Source of the DNA: Stegostoma tigrinum
Taxonomy: Eukaryota
Reading direction: 5' to 3'
DNA: 64,000 nt
Assembly: GCF_030684315.1 (NCBI RefSeq)
Contig: NW_026728516.1
Location: forward strand, 620,001 to 684,000
This document shows positions 37,501 to 50,595 of the stretch, piece after piece. The position numbers and the translations under genes were made by a program. The notes below the pieces were generated by a model. The model did not search any database and was not told where the DNA came from. It saw only the letters and a list, made by a program, of their open reading frames with translations. Positions within the stretch are counted from its first letter, which is position 1; every line of letters starts with the position of its first letter.

Positions 37501-39459
37501 TATAACATTGTCATTGGTTTCTGGTGTAATAGTCTAGTGGTATTCGCCATCGCGTGTCCCACTTGGAGCTCGCCTATCCCTGAGTACTGATACTAGTGCG
37601 CCATGAATTAAAAGCCCTTCTTCCTGACCACGGTGTGATCCAAACACCTTCCTGGTGATATCACCCAGTATCTCTTCATGTGATACCTGTCACTGTGTGG
37701 ATTTAATTGTTGCCTCTGACTGCACCTTTTGCAGATACTATGAGATCCTGAGCCAACAGAATTCTCCACTCCAGAGATCTGGCAGCAGAGGCCAAGGATG
37801 GAGTCTGGGATTCTCCAGATCTCTGCAGAGCTCACTGCCATTCTACATGTGTCATTCTCTCTGGATCAGTATAATTTCTCAGCCTGTCTATGTTTCTGTC
37901 TTTGGCAGCCACTCGGGAAGTTCCTGACTCTCAGAATTCCCACCTCCAGTCTTGTCCATCACCACATGGAAGTCAGTTGGTCAGCTAGAGACAATAAGGG
38001 CAGGGAGATCTGGACCCTTCAATGAATCCTGCTGCGAGGTACAATCACTCTCAGAGAACCAATGAGACCGCTAAAAAACATGAACCCACAAGACATGATG
38101 GACATACAGTGTCGAAGTTGTAGCACAATACAGAAAGAGCCCAGACTCAATCACCACCCTACGTTCACCTCAGTTGTACTGAGCCTTCCCAGGACAGCAT
38201 AGGATGTTCATCGTTATCAATCTCAGCCTGTGCTGTTTCAGTGAGGATGAGTGCAAAAGAGGTTAAAGCAGGCCTCTCTCAAGAAGGTTGTTTTGAAGCC
38301 TGGGATCTTTCAGTTCTGTGTTCCCGTTCCAACATTGTCTCTATTGTTGTGTCCTAGTCGTACAGCAAGTTTACAGATCCCTTGTTGCAACTCATCTGCG
38401 CAATTGCGTTGAGCCCTTCTGGAACTGACAACAGTTGGTATCTCTGTCACCTCCTGTCCTCCCTCAATTCCCTCTGTATATTTGAAAACTATCCCAATTC
38501 TGACTACCCGGTCCATCTTTGCAAATTGCCCAGTCTTGATAACATGCCCAATCTCGGTATTCTCCTCCTTCGCCTGCAGCCACTACAACAATCCCTGTCA
38601 CTGTTGTAAGATGATAAGGTGCAGAGCTGGATGAACACAGCAAGCCAAGCAGCATCTGAGGAGCAGGAAAGCTAACATTTTGGGCCGAGACTCTCCTCCT
38701 GCTTGGCTTGCTGTGTTCATCCAGCTGTATGCCTTGTTATCTCAGGTTCACCAGCATATGCAATTCCTACCATCTCTTATATCTGTCATCTTGTCCAGTA
38801 CCTACAGCCCACCCTGACTCTGTAACATCACCCAGCCCCTACAACACATGATATCGCTGTAACCATCTCGAATCCCTGTAACACTCCTACCTCTCGTCCT
38901 ACGTCACCTCATGACCTCTGTCACCATCGACCATTCCTACAGACCTCCCCAGCCCCTATTGCCTTTCCTGACTTTATAAACCGCTCCAATCCCTTAAACC
39001 CTCCCTTTGTGCAGCATTCTGAAGTTATTTTAACCCTCCCCATGTCCGCAATCTCATCCAGTCTCGACAATCTCCTCTATCACTGTGACATTCTCCCATT
39101 ACTGTGGTGTTCCCTAATCGTGCCTCCTCCAGTCATTACTAGCCTTTTCTACCTCTGTATCCTCCTGAAGTCATTGAAATCATCCATGGATCTGTAACAT
39201 CTTCTTGATTCCTGTATCCATCTTCAGTTCCTCCAGCTAGTCTCTATTTCTAACCTCCTTCAGCTCCGTGCCTGCGTATTCACCCTCACTTTAAAGTCAT
39301 TCCCCGTCTGTGTAATCGCCACCAGCTCAAACAACCCCTCTTATCTGTGGGGGGAGAAAAAAAACACACTCTCCAGTCCCTGGAGCCATCCCGATCCATG
39401 TAATCACGTCCAGACCTACCTTGCTCACTTTCCTCATGGTCCTAAGCCCTCACCATCGA

Positions 39460-39660
39460 TCAAACCAATCCCAAAGGTTTTGGAGTAGATTTGTAGCTCA
39501 TGTTATGGTTGGGTAACATTTTCAATGCAGCCTCCGATGAAGCGTCATTGTATTTCCCTGCTAGGAATTCCTGTCTGTCCATACTTTGCTTGTCCCAGGA
39601 TTTTGGTGTGGTCCCAGTAGAATTGGTGTTCTCCTTATCCATGTGCATTGAGATGAGTTA
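39460..39660. mobile_element. Penelope fragment (GIY-YIG C-terminus on minus)
   Basis: Minus translation remnants HMDKEN...WD.TKILGQA...QEFL, similar to the 20600-20700 segment. Confidence 0.6.
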
Positions 39661-39909
39661 CCACCCCCCACCCCGACTAACTACCTTCATTGATCTCAAA
39701 TCTCCCCAACTCTGAAACATCTTCCAGTGTCTATGATTTTGCTCCTACCTGCAAGCTTCTCTAGTGCCTACATTCCTCCCCAAACTCACCTTCCACTGGC
39801 ACTCTCCCTATCCATGTAAATGCCTTTTGTCCCTAGATCCTTCCCTTTCTGGGTAGCTCCCTCCAGGCCCGAGAGTCATCTTTACATGTGGTACCTCCTT
39901 CAGGCCTCT

Positions 39910-39992
39910 GCTCTTGCTCTCGTGCTCGCTCTCGTGCTCGCTCTCTTGCACGCTCTCGCGCTCTCTCGCACTCTCTCGCGCGCTCTCTCTCT
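39910..39992. repeat. Compound (CT)n/(CTCG) microsatellite
   Basis: gctctcgtgctcgctctcgtgctcgctctc...ctctctcgcgcgctctctctct. Confidence 0.9.
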
Positions 39993-41159
39993 GTCCAAGG
40001 CCCCTCCAATCAATCTGTTCACCCCCATGCCTTTTAGTAGTCTCTGCATTTTGCACTTCTCCTTCAATGTGCTGCATCCTTGATTTTTTTTTTTCTGAAT
40101 GCTTGTCTGCACACCACTCACCATCCCTCAATCCTTGTTCTGCCAATAACAGTCTCCACCAAAAGTACAACAGTCCTTAATTCTGTAAGATTCTGCAGTT
40201 CCTGAATATCTATCTATCTATCTAACCTCTAGCCATCACTTTTAACCCACTCTCACTGAACGTCTCTGCACATTTGCAACAGGGCAGCTGGAATGATAGC
40301 GCAAAGTGAAGTGAACAGATAACGTTGTGTTTCACTCTGATCTAGTTAAGAGATGAGATGTTGCAGGGAAGACGGCCATTTAGCCCACTGTGCCTGGTCC
40401 ACCATTGAATGTGATCGTTGCTGCTCTGATAATCTTCATCTCTACTTTCATGCCTTTTCAAAGTGACCCTGATTCCCTCACTGATTTAAAAACCTGGCGA
40501 TCTCTGCAGGTAATCCGGCTTCTACAGCCCTCTCCACTGAGTAAGTAACAGATTGTCTACCCTCTGGTGAAATTCCTCCTCATCTCCTTGAATGAGTGAG
40601 CCCTTCCTGTGATTTTTGTAACCTCCATTTCTAGATTCTCACGCAAGGGGAGACAAATTCTTTGCACTGACCCTGTATAAACCCTAAAGAGTCTTCAATG
40701 TATCAAAAGGTTTACCTTTTATTCTAAATTCCAAAGAGTTCGAGTTCAATCTTTTCCATGTCTTCTCATTAAAATCTCTACATAAAGAGGATCAATCTTC
40801 CGATTTTTCTATGGACTGCCTCTCAGGCAAAAATATTTATTCTCCCTGCATAGAGGCAATACTGATCACAGTATTCTCGGTGTGGGCCAAGTAGTGCATT
40901 CTAGATTTTTTGAAAACTTCCCTATTTCCATTCTCTATCCCCTTTGAAATGCCAGCATTCCATTGACCTTCTCTATGACATGCTGAACCTGAATGAAACC
41001 TTTTGAGTTTGAGACACAAGGAATCCGAAGTTGCAATCAATGTGAAACCAAGAGGTGACAGTAATAATCAGGAAAGGACTGGAATGAATGATAAATGCTA
41101 AGCCAGAAATGATAACTGCACACTTGGAAATCAGGTAGGTGAAGCATAGGCCAAAGAAG

Positions 41160-42200
41160 TTTAAATTATGGGAGTGGAGTAAGCACATTCATTCCGTCGA
41201 GTCTGCTCCACCATTTGACTGTGGCTTCTATATTTCTCAGCCCCGTTCTCTTGCCATGACCGCCTTGGAGCCTGATCCCCTTATTCATCAGGAACCGACC
41301 TATCTCCGTCTTCAAGTCATTCAGTGATTTCGCCTCCACAGCCCTCTGTGACAATGCACAGATTCACCACCTTCTGACTGAAGAAATTCCTCCACACCTC
41401 AGCTCTAAAGTGTTGTGCCTTCACACGGAGCTCTGCCCTAGACTCTCCTACCAATGGAAACATCTTCTCCATTTCCACTCTCTCCACACCCCTCCGTATT
41501 CTGTCAGTTTGAATGAAATGCTGCCTCCTCCATTGAAACCTCATCAAATACAGACAAAGAGCCCTTAACTGTTCCTCATTTGACAACCACCTCATCCATA
41601 GCATCTTTCTTGTAAACTGTTTCTCTATTCCCTCCAAGAGAAGCACAGCCTTCCTTCAGTCTGGGTCCCAAAACTGCTCACAATGTTCCATAGGCTGTCT
41701 GAGCTGAGCTTTTTGGAGCCTCAGCAGTACATTTCTGCTTCTCTCTGGAAATAAGTGCTAAAATTTCCGATGCCTTTTCGACTCAAACTGAACCTTTGTG
41801 TTCAACTGAAGAGTATACAGAACCAGGATTGCGAGACCCTTGTGCTTCAGATTTTTCGCCATTTAGAAAATAGTCTACACCTCGATTTTTTCCGACCAAA
41901 GTTCATGAACTCATAATTTCAACACATTGGGTTCCATCTGCCACTTTGTTTCCCATTCTCGTACCTGTTTTTCTACAGCCTTCGCTTTTCCTCAGCACTA
42001 TCTGTCTCTGCACCTCTTCTAGCTGATGACACAACATTAGCAACGATACCCTCACTTTCTTCATCCAGACTGCTAACATATAACATGTGCACTTGTGGTC
42101 CCAACACAGACTGCTGTGGAACTCCACACATCACTGGCTGCCATCCTTGAAAAATCCCTTTAACCCACTGTCTGTTTCAGCCAATCCACTATCCGTGCCA
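41160..42200 (-). mobile_element. Decayed CR1 3' fragment
   Basis: ORF 41317..41646- LEGIEKQFTRKM...EKMFPLVGESR...RNFFSQKVVNL, with the 3'UTR at ~41170-41290. Confidence 0.85.
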
Positions 42201-43269
42201 AGGATGTTGTTATGAAAGGCAAATTTTGATGGACGGACCCTGTTGGATTTGTCATTTTTCTGACGAAAAACAGAATAGATCGAAGGAGAGGAATTATTTG
42301 TTTGAATTTTCAGAAACCTTTGAAAACCTGGCCACTGAAGAGGTCGATAAATAAAATAGGCACGTGTGGGCTTGGACGGAATGTAATGGCAACGATTGTG
42401 AATTCTTTATCAGACAGAAAACTGAGTGGAAATAAATGAATTTGTGCTGGGCCTTCAACAACTCACATGTTGGGTCAATGAACTTGTTAGATGAACAAAA
42501 TTTGATGTTTCTATGGACTAGGAGATAGCAAGAACAACATTTGCCGGAAGTCAGATTCGATACAATGTGGGGCTGGAGGAACACTGCAGGCCAGGCAGCA
42601 TCAGATGATCAGGAAGGGTCTCAACCCAAAAGGTCAACTTTCCTGCTCCTCTAAATACTGCCTAACCTGCTGTGTTCCTTCAGCTCCATGTTGTATCGTC
42701 TCTAATGGCGTTGTGACAAAACTAGATGGCAAGGAGATTTGTGTGAAGAAGCAAGGGGTGCGTCAACAGTCTGTGAGTTTCTCTATTTTTAAAATGATTT
42801 AAAAGATTATTTATGGGGTGAAGACATCACTGGCTAGGCCATCTCTAAGGTGGTGTTCTGCTGCCTTCGGGACCTCCTGCAATCCTTTCGGTGTAGGGAC
42901 AGGCAGAGTAATGTTAGGATGCCGCGTGGCTTGGAGGTGACGTTGGGAATACTGGTAATCCCATGCAACTGTTTCTCCTGTTCTTCTTGATGATACTTGT
43001 TCCTGGTTTGTGAAGTACTGTGGGAAGAGACTTCCTGAGTGAGCTCAGTGCTGCTTGGTGAGCTTTATTTCATTCGTTCATTCATGGGATGTGGGCATTG
43101 CTGTCTGAGCAAGCACGTATTGCAGATTTTCATTCACCCCAGAGAAGGTGGTGCTGAACTTCTGCCTTGAGCCACTGCACCAGCCATTGGAAATGTTGTT
43201 ACCTGTGTAGCCCCCACCAGTTACTACAACACTCCTCATGTCTGTGATTGCATCCAAAAGCCTCTTCAT

Positions 43270-44760
43270 GGCTAATACCCTTCAAGCCAAACAGCATCCT
43301 GGTAGCCCATTTTGATACCCTGTCCAACACATGTACATCCTTCTGCTGGCAAATGTGACCAAACTAAATTTGCACTCAACTGCAACGTGACTGTTTTTGT
43401 ACTCTGTGCCCTGATGTTTAAAAGCATGAAATATGCTTTTTTGACCACAATGTCCAGTTATGTTGCCACTTTTGGGGAACAATGGACCAGTACACCTGGA
43501 TCCCTTTTACTTATTGCTGTTACAAAGATTTCTTCAATTTACTGTATCGTCCGCTTCTGCATTCAGTCTTCCAAAATGCATTACCTTGCACTTGCCCACA
43601 TGGAATCACAGCTGCCTTTCCACTATCCAAAATGCAGCCTATCTCTGTCCTGTTTTATCCTTTTGGTAATTGTCCCCACGATCCATTGTCCACAATCTTT
43701 GAGTCATCCAGAAAACTACTGATCAGGCTATTTACATTCATTTATCTATTTTACAAAGAAAACCTGACTCAGCACCAATCTCTGCAACAAACACACCTCC
43801 CGTTTAAAAAAAAACACTGTTCCAGCATACTATGGCCAAGCCAGTTCCGTATCCATCTTAACAGCTCAGCGCAGATCTACTTGACTTCACATTCTGTATT
43901 ATCGTGCGATGAGGAATCTTATCAAACGTCTTGAGACCATCCATATGGACACCACCCAGCCCCATGATCTCATAAGTCATCTTTTGTCCCTTATTCACAA
44001 TATTCTATCAAGTTTGTGAGACATGACGTACCATGCACAAAGCCACACGGTCTATTGTTAACAAGTCCAAGTTTTCCAAAAATAAGTAAATTCTATCCCA
44101 AAGAACCTTCTCCAATAATTTCCCAACTACTGACCTCAGGTTTACAGATCTGTAATTTCCTTTCTTATCCTCGTTGCCCTTAAAGGAACAACATTGGCTA
44201 TTCTCCAATACTCTAGTACCTATCCTGTCACTAAAGAGGACACAAAGATTTTGTATCAGGCCCCAGAAAATTATTCCCTCAGATTCTGTGATGAATTCCA
44301 TCAGGATCTCAGACTTTTCTACCGGAATGCTTTTCAGATCACCCAGCACCACCACTTTTTTTTAAATATTGAAATGCTCTTGAACATCAAGGCACCCCTT
44401 TTCTAGAATGACCATCCATCATACCCTTCCCCTCTGCCAATGCCAATGTAAGTATTCTTCAAAGATTTTCCGCACTTCATCTACCTTCATGCATAAATTC
44501 CCTTCTTTGCCCTTGGGTGGGTGTAACCTTTCCCTCCCTAATCTCTTGTTCTTTATACTCTGTAAAATGGTTTGGGATTTTCCTTAATCCGGGTCTGGCA
44601 AAGATATTTCATGGCCCATTTTATACCTCCCAAAACATTCCTGTTTTCTTTATGTTTTTGAGAGCTCTGTCTGCCTTCAGTTTCCGAAATCTTATGTATG
44701 CCTTATTTTTCTTTCTGACTAAGCTCATGATTTATCTTGTGGCCCAAAGTTTCCAAATCT
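43270..44760 (-). mobile_element. Decayed CR1 ORF2 fragments
   Basis: ORF 44008..44355- GNYRSVNLRSVVGKLLEKVL.DRIY. Confidence 0.8.
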
Positions 44761-45549
44761 TGCCATTCTTACCACCATGTGCCAATCACCAGATTTCATG
44801 TTCCTAAATCCTTATATCTGCTTGTAACGTTGAAAAGGGCCTGATGGATTTCTCAGATGATTCTCTCAAGTTGTTCATTATAGCCCATGTCGTTGAGGCC
44901 TCCTTACATTTCAATCTACCTTGTGTGTCTTTTTTTTTGTTAATCCTTATTTTAGTTTTATTTTCATTTTCTGTATTGAAAAAAAATCTCAAAGATCACC
45001 TTTGATGTTTCTTGCCAATGTGATTTCTCTTACACTGTTCGCTTTCTAATTTCTTCTTGATTTGTACCTCTCCATATTCCACAATCTTCTCAGATCTTCG
45101 TTGCTTTTAGCTACTATTGTCTGACATAATGTTTCTTTTTCTGCCTGAAAGTTTCCTGGACTTTCAGGGATCTCTGGATTTAGGAGCTTGCCCCTTTTTA
45201 CTTTGCATTTTCTTGAAACTGTGTTAATTTCCTCTCTGGATACCTGCCACTGCTCTGATTCTGATTCATCATCTTGTTGCTGCTTCTAGTTCACATTGAG
45301 TAAATCTCTTCTCAGTTCAGTAAAATTGGATTTACTCGAATTAAATATATAGCTCTTAGTCCATCTTTGTTTTTGTTTTTCAATAAAATTATATAATACA
45401 TAACACATTACATAATACTCAGCACTGTTCATGACTCCTCAGACACTGAAGCAGTCGTGTCAAAATACAACAAGATGTAGACTATATTCAGGCTTGGGTT
45501 GACAATTGGCAAGTAACATTTGCGCCACATAAAAGCCAGGCCAATAGTG

Positions 45550-47080
45550 ATGTGCATCTTGTAAATATTATACACCCTGCTGTTATTGAACGTCAGTTGT
45601 GGAAGGAATGGATCATAATGGATGTAGTGCCAATAAAACTGGCCGCTTTTTCTTGGGTCGAGCCAAACCTCACTATTGATGCACTCCTTAAGGAAAGTGT
45701 GGGATATTCCACCATACTCCTGGCCTGCGCCTTGTAAATGATGATCTAGCTTATGGGATTCAGAAGATGAGTTACTCGTTGCAGTATTCCTAGCCGATGA
45801 CTTGCTTTTGTATAAACTGTGTTGATCTGGTGAGCCCAGTTGACGTTTTGAGTAATTCGAACTCTTAGGATGATAGTGGGGCATTTAGTCACGGTAACAC
45901 CATTGAATTCATGGGGCTGTGGTTAGAATGCCTCTTATTGGTGAAGGCCACGGCCTGGCTTTTATCTGGCACAAATGGTACTTGCCACTTGTCAACCCAA
46001 GCCTGAGTATGGTCCACATCTTGTTGCAGTTTGACACGACTGCTTCAGTGTCTGAGGAGTCATGAATAGTACTGAATATTATGTAAAAATTGGCAAACAT
46101 GGTTACCTCTGACTTTAAGATGGAGAGAACGTCATTAATGAAGCGGATGAAAATGGTTGGGCTGAAGACACTACGCTGAGGAACTCCTGCAGAGACGTCC
46201 AGGAGCTGAGATGATTCATCTCCAACAGCTACCATTATCTTCTGACGTGCCATGTATTACACCAATCACCAGGCAGTTTGCACCGGATACCTAGTGATTT
46301 CGGTTTTGATGGGCACCTTGATGCTGCACTCACGGTCAAATGCAGCTTTGCTGTCAAAGGCTGTTACACTCACCTAACTTCTGGAATTCAGCTCAGTTGT
46401 CTATGTTGAATCAAGCCTGGAAGGAGGCCAGGAGCTGAGCGACCCTGGCAGAATCCAAACTGTGTGTCACTGAGCAGCTTATTGGTGATACAAGGTAAAA
46501 TTTAAAAGCAGCATGATTTCAAGCTTCTGATTTGCTGTTGTAAACACTGCAGGAAGATGCAACACAAAGGGAGTTGGGCTCTTTCTACGTGAAACACAAA
46601 GCTAGCACGTAGGTGCAGCAAGTAACCTGGAAGACAAATTGAATATTTGCCCTTATTTCAATGGAAAAAAATGGTAAAGGATTTAGCAATGGTAATGTCA
46701 AATGTTAATGGTGAGATTCTCAATGTTCATGATGGTCATTGTCTGATATTTGTGTGGTACATATGTTGTGCGCTGCATGTTTACCCAAGCTCACATGGAG
46801 TCCAGATCGTATTGCATTGGGAAATGGACTGCTTCAGTGATGAGTTGCAAATGCTGCTGAACATTGAGCTGTCATCTGCAAACAACCCCAATCCTGATCT
46901 TATGATGGAGGGAAGCTCATTGAAGCAGGTGAAGAATTTTGGGCATATCAAACTCCACTGAGGAACTCCTGCAGTGAAATTCTGAAGCTCAAAAAACTGA
47001 CTTCCTAAACCTATAATCATCTTCCTCTGGTCCAGGTCATGTCTCATGTCAATGGAAAGTTGCCCCTTGATTCTCATGAG
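45550..47080 (-). mobile_element. Two decayed non-LTR (CR1/L2-group) RT fragments of a second family (~45550-46490 and ~46700-47080)
   Basis: SAGVPQRSVFSPTIFIRFINDVLSILKSEVTMFA and TAGVPQWSLICPKFFTCFNELPSIIRSGLGLFADD. Confidence 0.8.
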
Positions 47081-48748
47081 ACCATAAGATCTAGGGACAC
47101 CAGTAGGATATTCTGCTCCTCAAGTCATGCATCGATTTATCGAGGTTCTCAAAACACAGGATAACTAACAGCAAGAAAGGCAAGTTCAATTAATGCATGG
47201 GAACACGAAGAACTTGAATCAGGGATCAGACCAAAGTCAAAACAGATTTCAGAGCAAAGAAAGCCTATTGGAGGAGATCTTGAGAGACTAGATATTCATG
47301 CATTTGGAAAGGCAATGATTGATCAGGGATAGTCAGCACAACTTTGTGTGTGGAAAAGTCTGCCTCAGAAATTTGATTTGTATATTTTCAGGAGTTAGCC
47401 AGGAGATGGATAAAGGCAGTGTGGTACGTGCTTGTTAACAAGACCTTAGGTAGGGTTCAGCATGATAGACTGTTTAATGAGGTAAGATCACATGGGCTCC
47501 CAGGAGAGGTTGCCAACTGGGTACAAAATAGGCTTGATGGTGGTGGGAGACAGTGGGTGCTGGTAGAGGTTTGTTGACTGGAGGTCAGTGCTTCAAGGTT
47601 CGGTGCTCGATTAACTGTTGCGTGGCGTTTCTATTAACAATTTGAATGGGAAGATATGAGTCGTGGTTAGTAAGTTTGTAGGTGACCGTAAAATTGGGGG
47701 AGCGGACTGTGAAAATGGGTAGCTAAGAGGACAGCAGGATCTTGATCTACTGGGCCAGTGGGATGAGGAATGGCAGATGGAGATTAAGATAGGTAAATAT
47801 GAGATATTACATCATGGAAAGACAAATCGGGGCACGACGGAAACAGCTAATGGTAGTTCCCTGTGTAGTGCTGTGCAACAGAGACTTGGGTTGCAACTAT
47901 GTACGTATATGAAAGTGGCATCAGAGGGAAATCGGGTGGTGACGGTGGCTTTTGACAGATTTGCCTTCATTGGTCAGAGCAAGGGGAACATGAGTTGGGA
48001 CGTCATTCTGTGGCTGCTCATGATATATTTGACGCCACCATGCGAGCATCATTGATGATCAGGAAAAAAAACTCTTCTGATTCACTTCTGTCCTTTAAGG
48101 AAGGGCACGTGACATTCTTGGCTGGTCTGGCTGACGTGACTGCACACCCACAGAAATATGCCTGACTCTGACCTGCGCTCTGACAATTCGTCGTGGGCAA
48201 TGATTGCTGGACAGGCCAGAGACATACTCTTGACATGAATTTTTTTTTTAAAAGTACATGTTCCCCCCCTGCCCCCAGCCCCCCATCACTGCAAACACCT
48301 CCAGCTCCCACAATTCATCCTGTGTGTGTAACATCGTTCAGGACCTTGCCACCCTCCATAATGCTTTCACATTCTCCAGCACCTTCAACTCTCCCTGTTC
48401 CTATCATTTCCTTCAGTCTCAACAATGTTTCCTCTTCCCACTGCACTCCCCTACAAAGAGATGCCTTGCAATCTTTTTAACACCTACGCCCATAATGTGG
48501 TAACTCACTGTTCCTAAAATATTCCCTTTGTTCAGATTTGTTGTTTTTTTTGTGTGGATTTCTCCGCCTCTACCAATTGAATTTGTTGAGTTACACCCTG
48601 AATCACATGTTTGGCTGAGTTTTTGTCAGTTTCAATGGAATGTTGTTTTGATGAATGTTTCACACAGTTCCATCAAATGTTTTCCACTGTTCATTTACAG
48701 AGATCCATTTCAGTCTTTTCACCCTATTTACCTCGGTGAGTTCTCCTC

Positions 48749-49882
48749 AGGCTGATGGAGAAAATGAAGTCGCATGGGGTCCAGGGTGTGCTCGCTAGAT
48801 GACTCAAACTGGCTAGGCAACAGGAGCCAAAGAATAGTAGTGGAATGGAGTTTCTCAAATTCAACACCGATGACCACTGGTGTTCTACACGGATCTGTGC
48901 GGGGACCACTGTTGTTTGTGATATACGTAAATAATTTGGAGGAAGGTATAGGTGGGCTGATTAGCAAGTTTGCAGATGACACGAAGATTGGTGGAGTAGC
49001 AGATAGTGAAGGGGACTATCAAACATTACAGCAGAATATAGATAGATTGGAGAGTTGGGCAGATAAATGGCAAATGGAGTTCAATCCAGGCAAATGTGAG
49101 GTGATGTGTTTTGGAAGATCTAATTCACGAACAAATGATACAGTAGATGTAAAAATCCTGGGAAAAATTGATGTACAGAGAGATCTGGGTGTTCAGGTCC
49201 ATTATTCCGTGAAAGTGGCAACGCAGTACAATTGAGTGTCAAGAAGGCATACCTTATGCTTTCCTTCATTGGACGGGGTATTGTGTACAAGAGTTGGCAG
49301 GTCATGTTACGCTTGTACAAGACTTTGGTTCAGCCACATTAAGAGTACTGTGTACAGTTCTGGTCATAACATTATCAAAAGGATGTGGACGCTTTGGAGA
49401 GGGAGCAGAGGAGGTTCACCAGGATGTTGCCTGTTATGGAGGGCGCTGGCTATGAAGAAAGGTTGAGTAGATTAGGATTATTTTCATTAGAAAGACGGAG
49501 ATTCAGGGGCAACCTGATTGAGGTCCAGAAAATGACGAGGGGTACAGTCAAGGTGGATTGCAAGGAACTTGTTTCTCCACAGTGGGGGACTCAATTACTC
49601 GGAGTCATGAGTTCAAAGGAAGAGGAGAAAAGCTTAGGGGAGATATGTGTGGAAAGTTCTTCTGTGGTGGGTGCTGGAAGGCATTGCCAGCGGAGGTGGT
49701 AGACGCAGACACGGCAGTGACTTTTAAGATGTATCTGGACAGGTACATGGATGGGCAGGGAGTAAAGGGATACAGACTCTTTGAAAATAGGTGACAGGTT
49801 TAGACAGAGGATCTCGATCGGTGCAGTCTTGAATGGCTCAAGGGCCTGTTCCTGTGCTGTAATTTTCTTTGTTCTTTGTTCT
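48749..49882 (+). mobile_element. Relatively young 5'-truncated CR1, private to macro-repeat copy 3
   Basis: SKFADDTKIGG, ALEREQRRFTRMLP and a 3' tail (ttctttg)n at ~49864-49882. The flanks are contiguous in copies 1 and 4. Confidence 0.93.
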
Positions 49883-50595
49883 AAAATTCATACAGTTGAT
49901 TTTTTTCTTGTTTCTGATTATTGCTTGTTCTTTGTGTGATCACTTTAAAACTTTATAATCCCTTTGAATTCCAATTTTCCACAATTTCCCAGAGGATATC
50001 TTGGTGTGACATTATTCATTTACTCAACTTCACCACTCAATGGTCGGTCTGCGATAGTTATGTCCCTAGCCAGTTGCACAACGTGTTATTCAAAGAAACA
50101 CTGACAAAAACATTCTCTCAGCTCCTCTTCAAATGCTACTATTTTATTGCACACTCTTTGTCCACTCCAAAAACCAACATTGTAATGTACGTTTTAGCAC
50201 AATATCCTGTCACAAACCTCTTCACTGATGTACAGTTTTGGTGAAACTCTGTGCTTCCTGTCCATTCTGTTTGTCTTTAGCCACATCACCGTGCTGTTCC
50301 AATGCTTCACATGCTCTGTTTTGATTTGGAAATCTCCTTTCCCCTGTAGCCCCATCTCAGCACCCTCTGTCAGTTTCAAGCCCTGCCCACAAACATAATG
50401 ACATGAGCAGCCAGGACACTGGTCCCAACACGGTTCCAGTCATTATTTATTCACTCATGAGATGTGGGTGTCTCTGTTTGGCCAACATTTATTATCCAAC
50501 CCTAGCAACCCCTGAACTGAATGATTTGCTGTGTTGATGACTAGCTGTGCCTTTTCAGAGGGTATTTGAGAGTCTGTTACATGTAGGCCTGACCA

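Larger units (their letters stand above)
38380..40260 (+). repeat. Degenerate ~36-37-bp satellite (ctccctatctctgtaacctcctccagcccctacaac-like), probably L2-derived
   Basis: Repeated ctctgtaac...ccagcccctacaac motifs at 38440-38600 and 38780-39450. Short arrays also occur at ~26620-26760, 51050-51210 and 60095-60245. Confidence 0.7.

Noticed and set aside
39808-40180. ARE/ES-rich or LS-rich proteins
   Set aside because: Translations of the CT/CG microsatellite.
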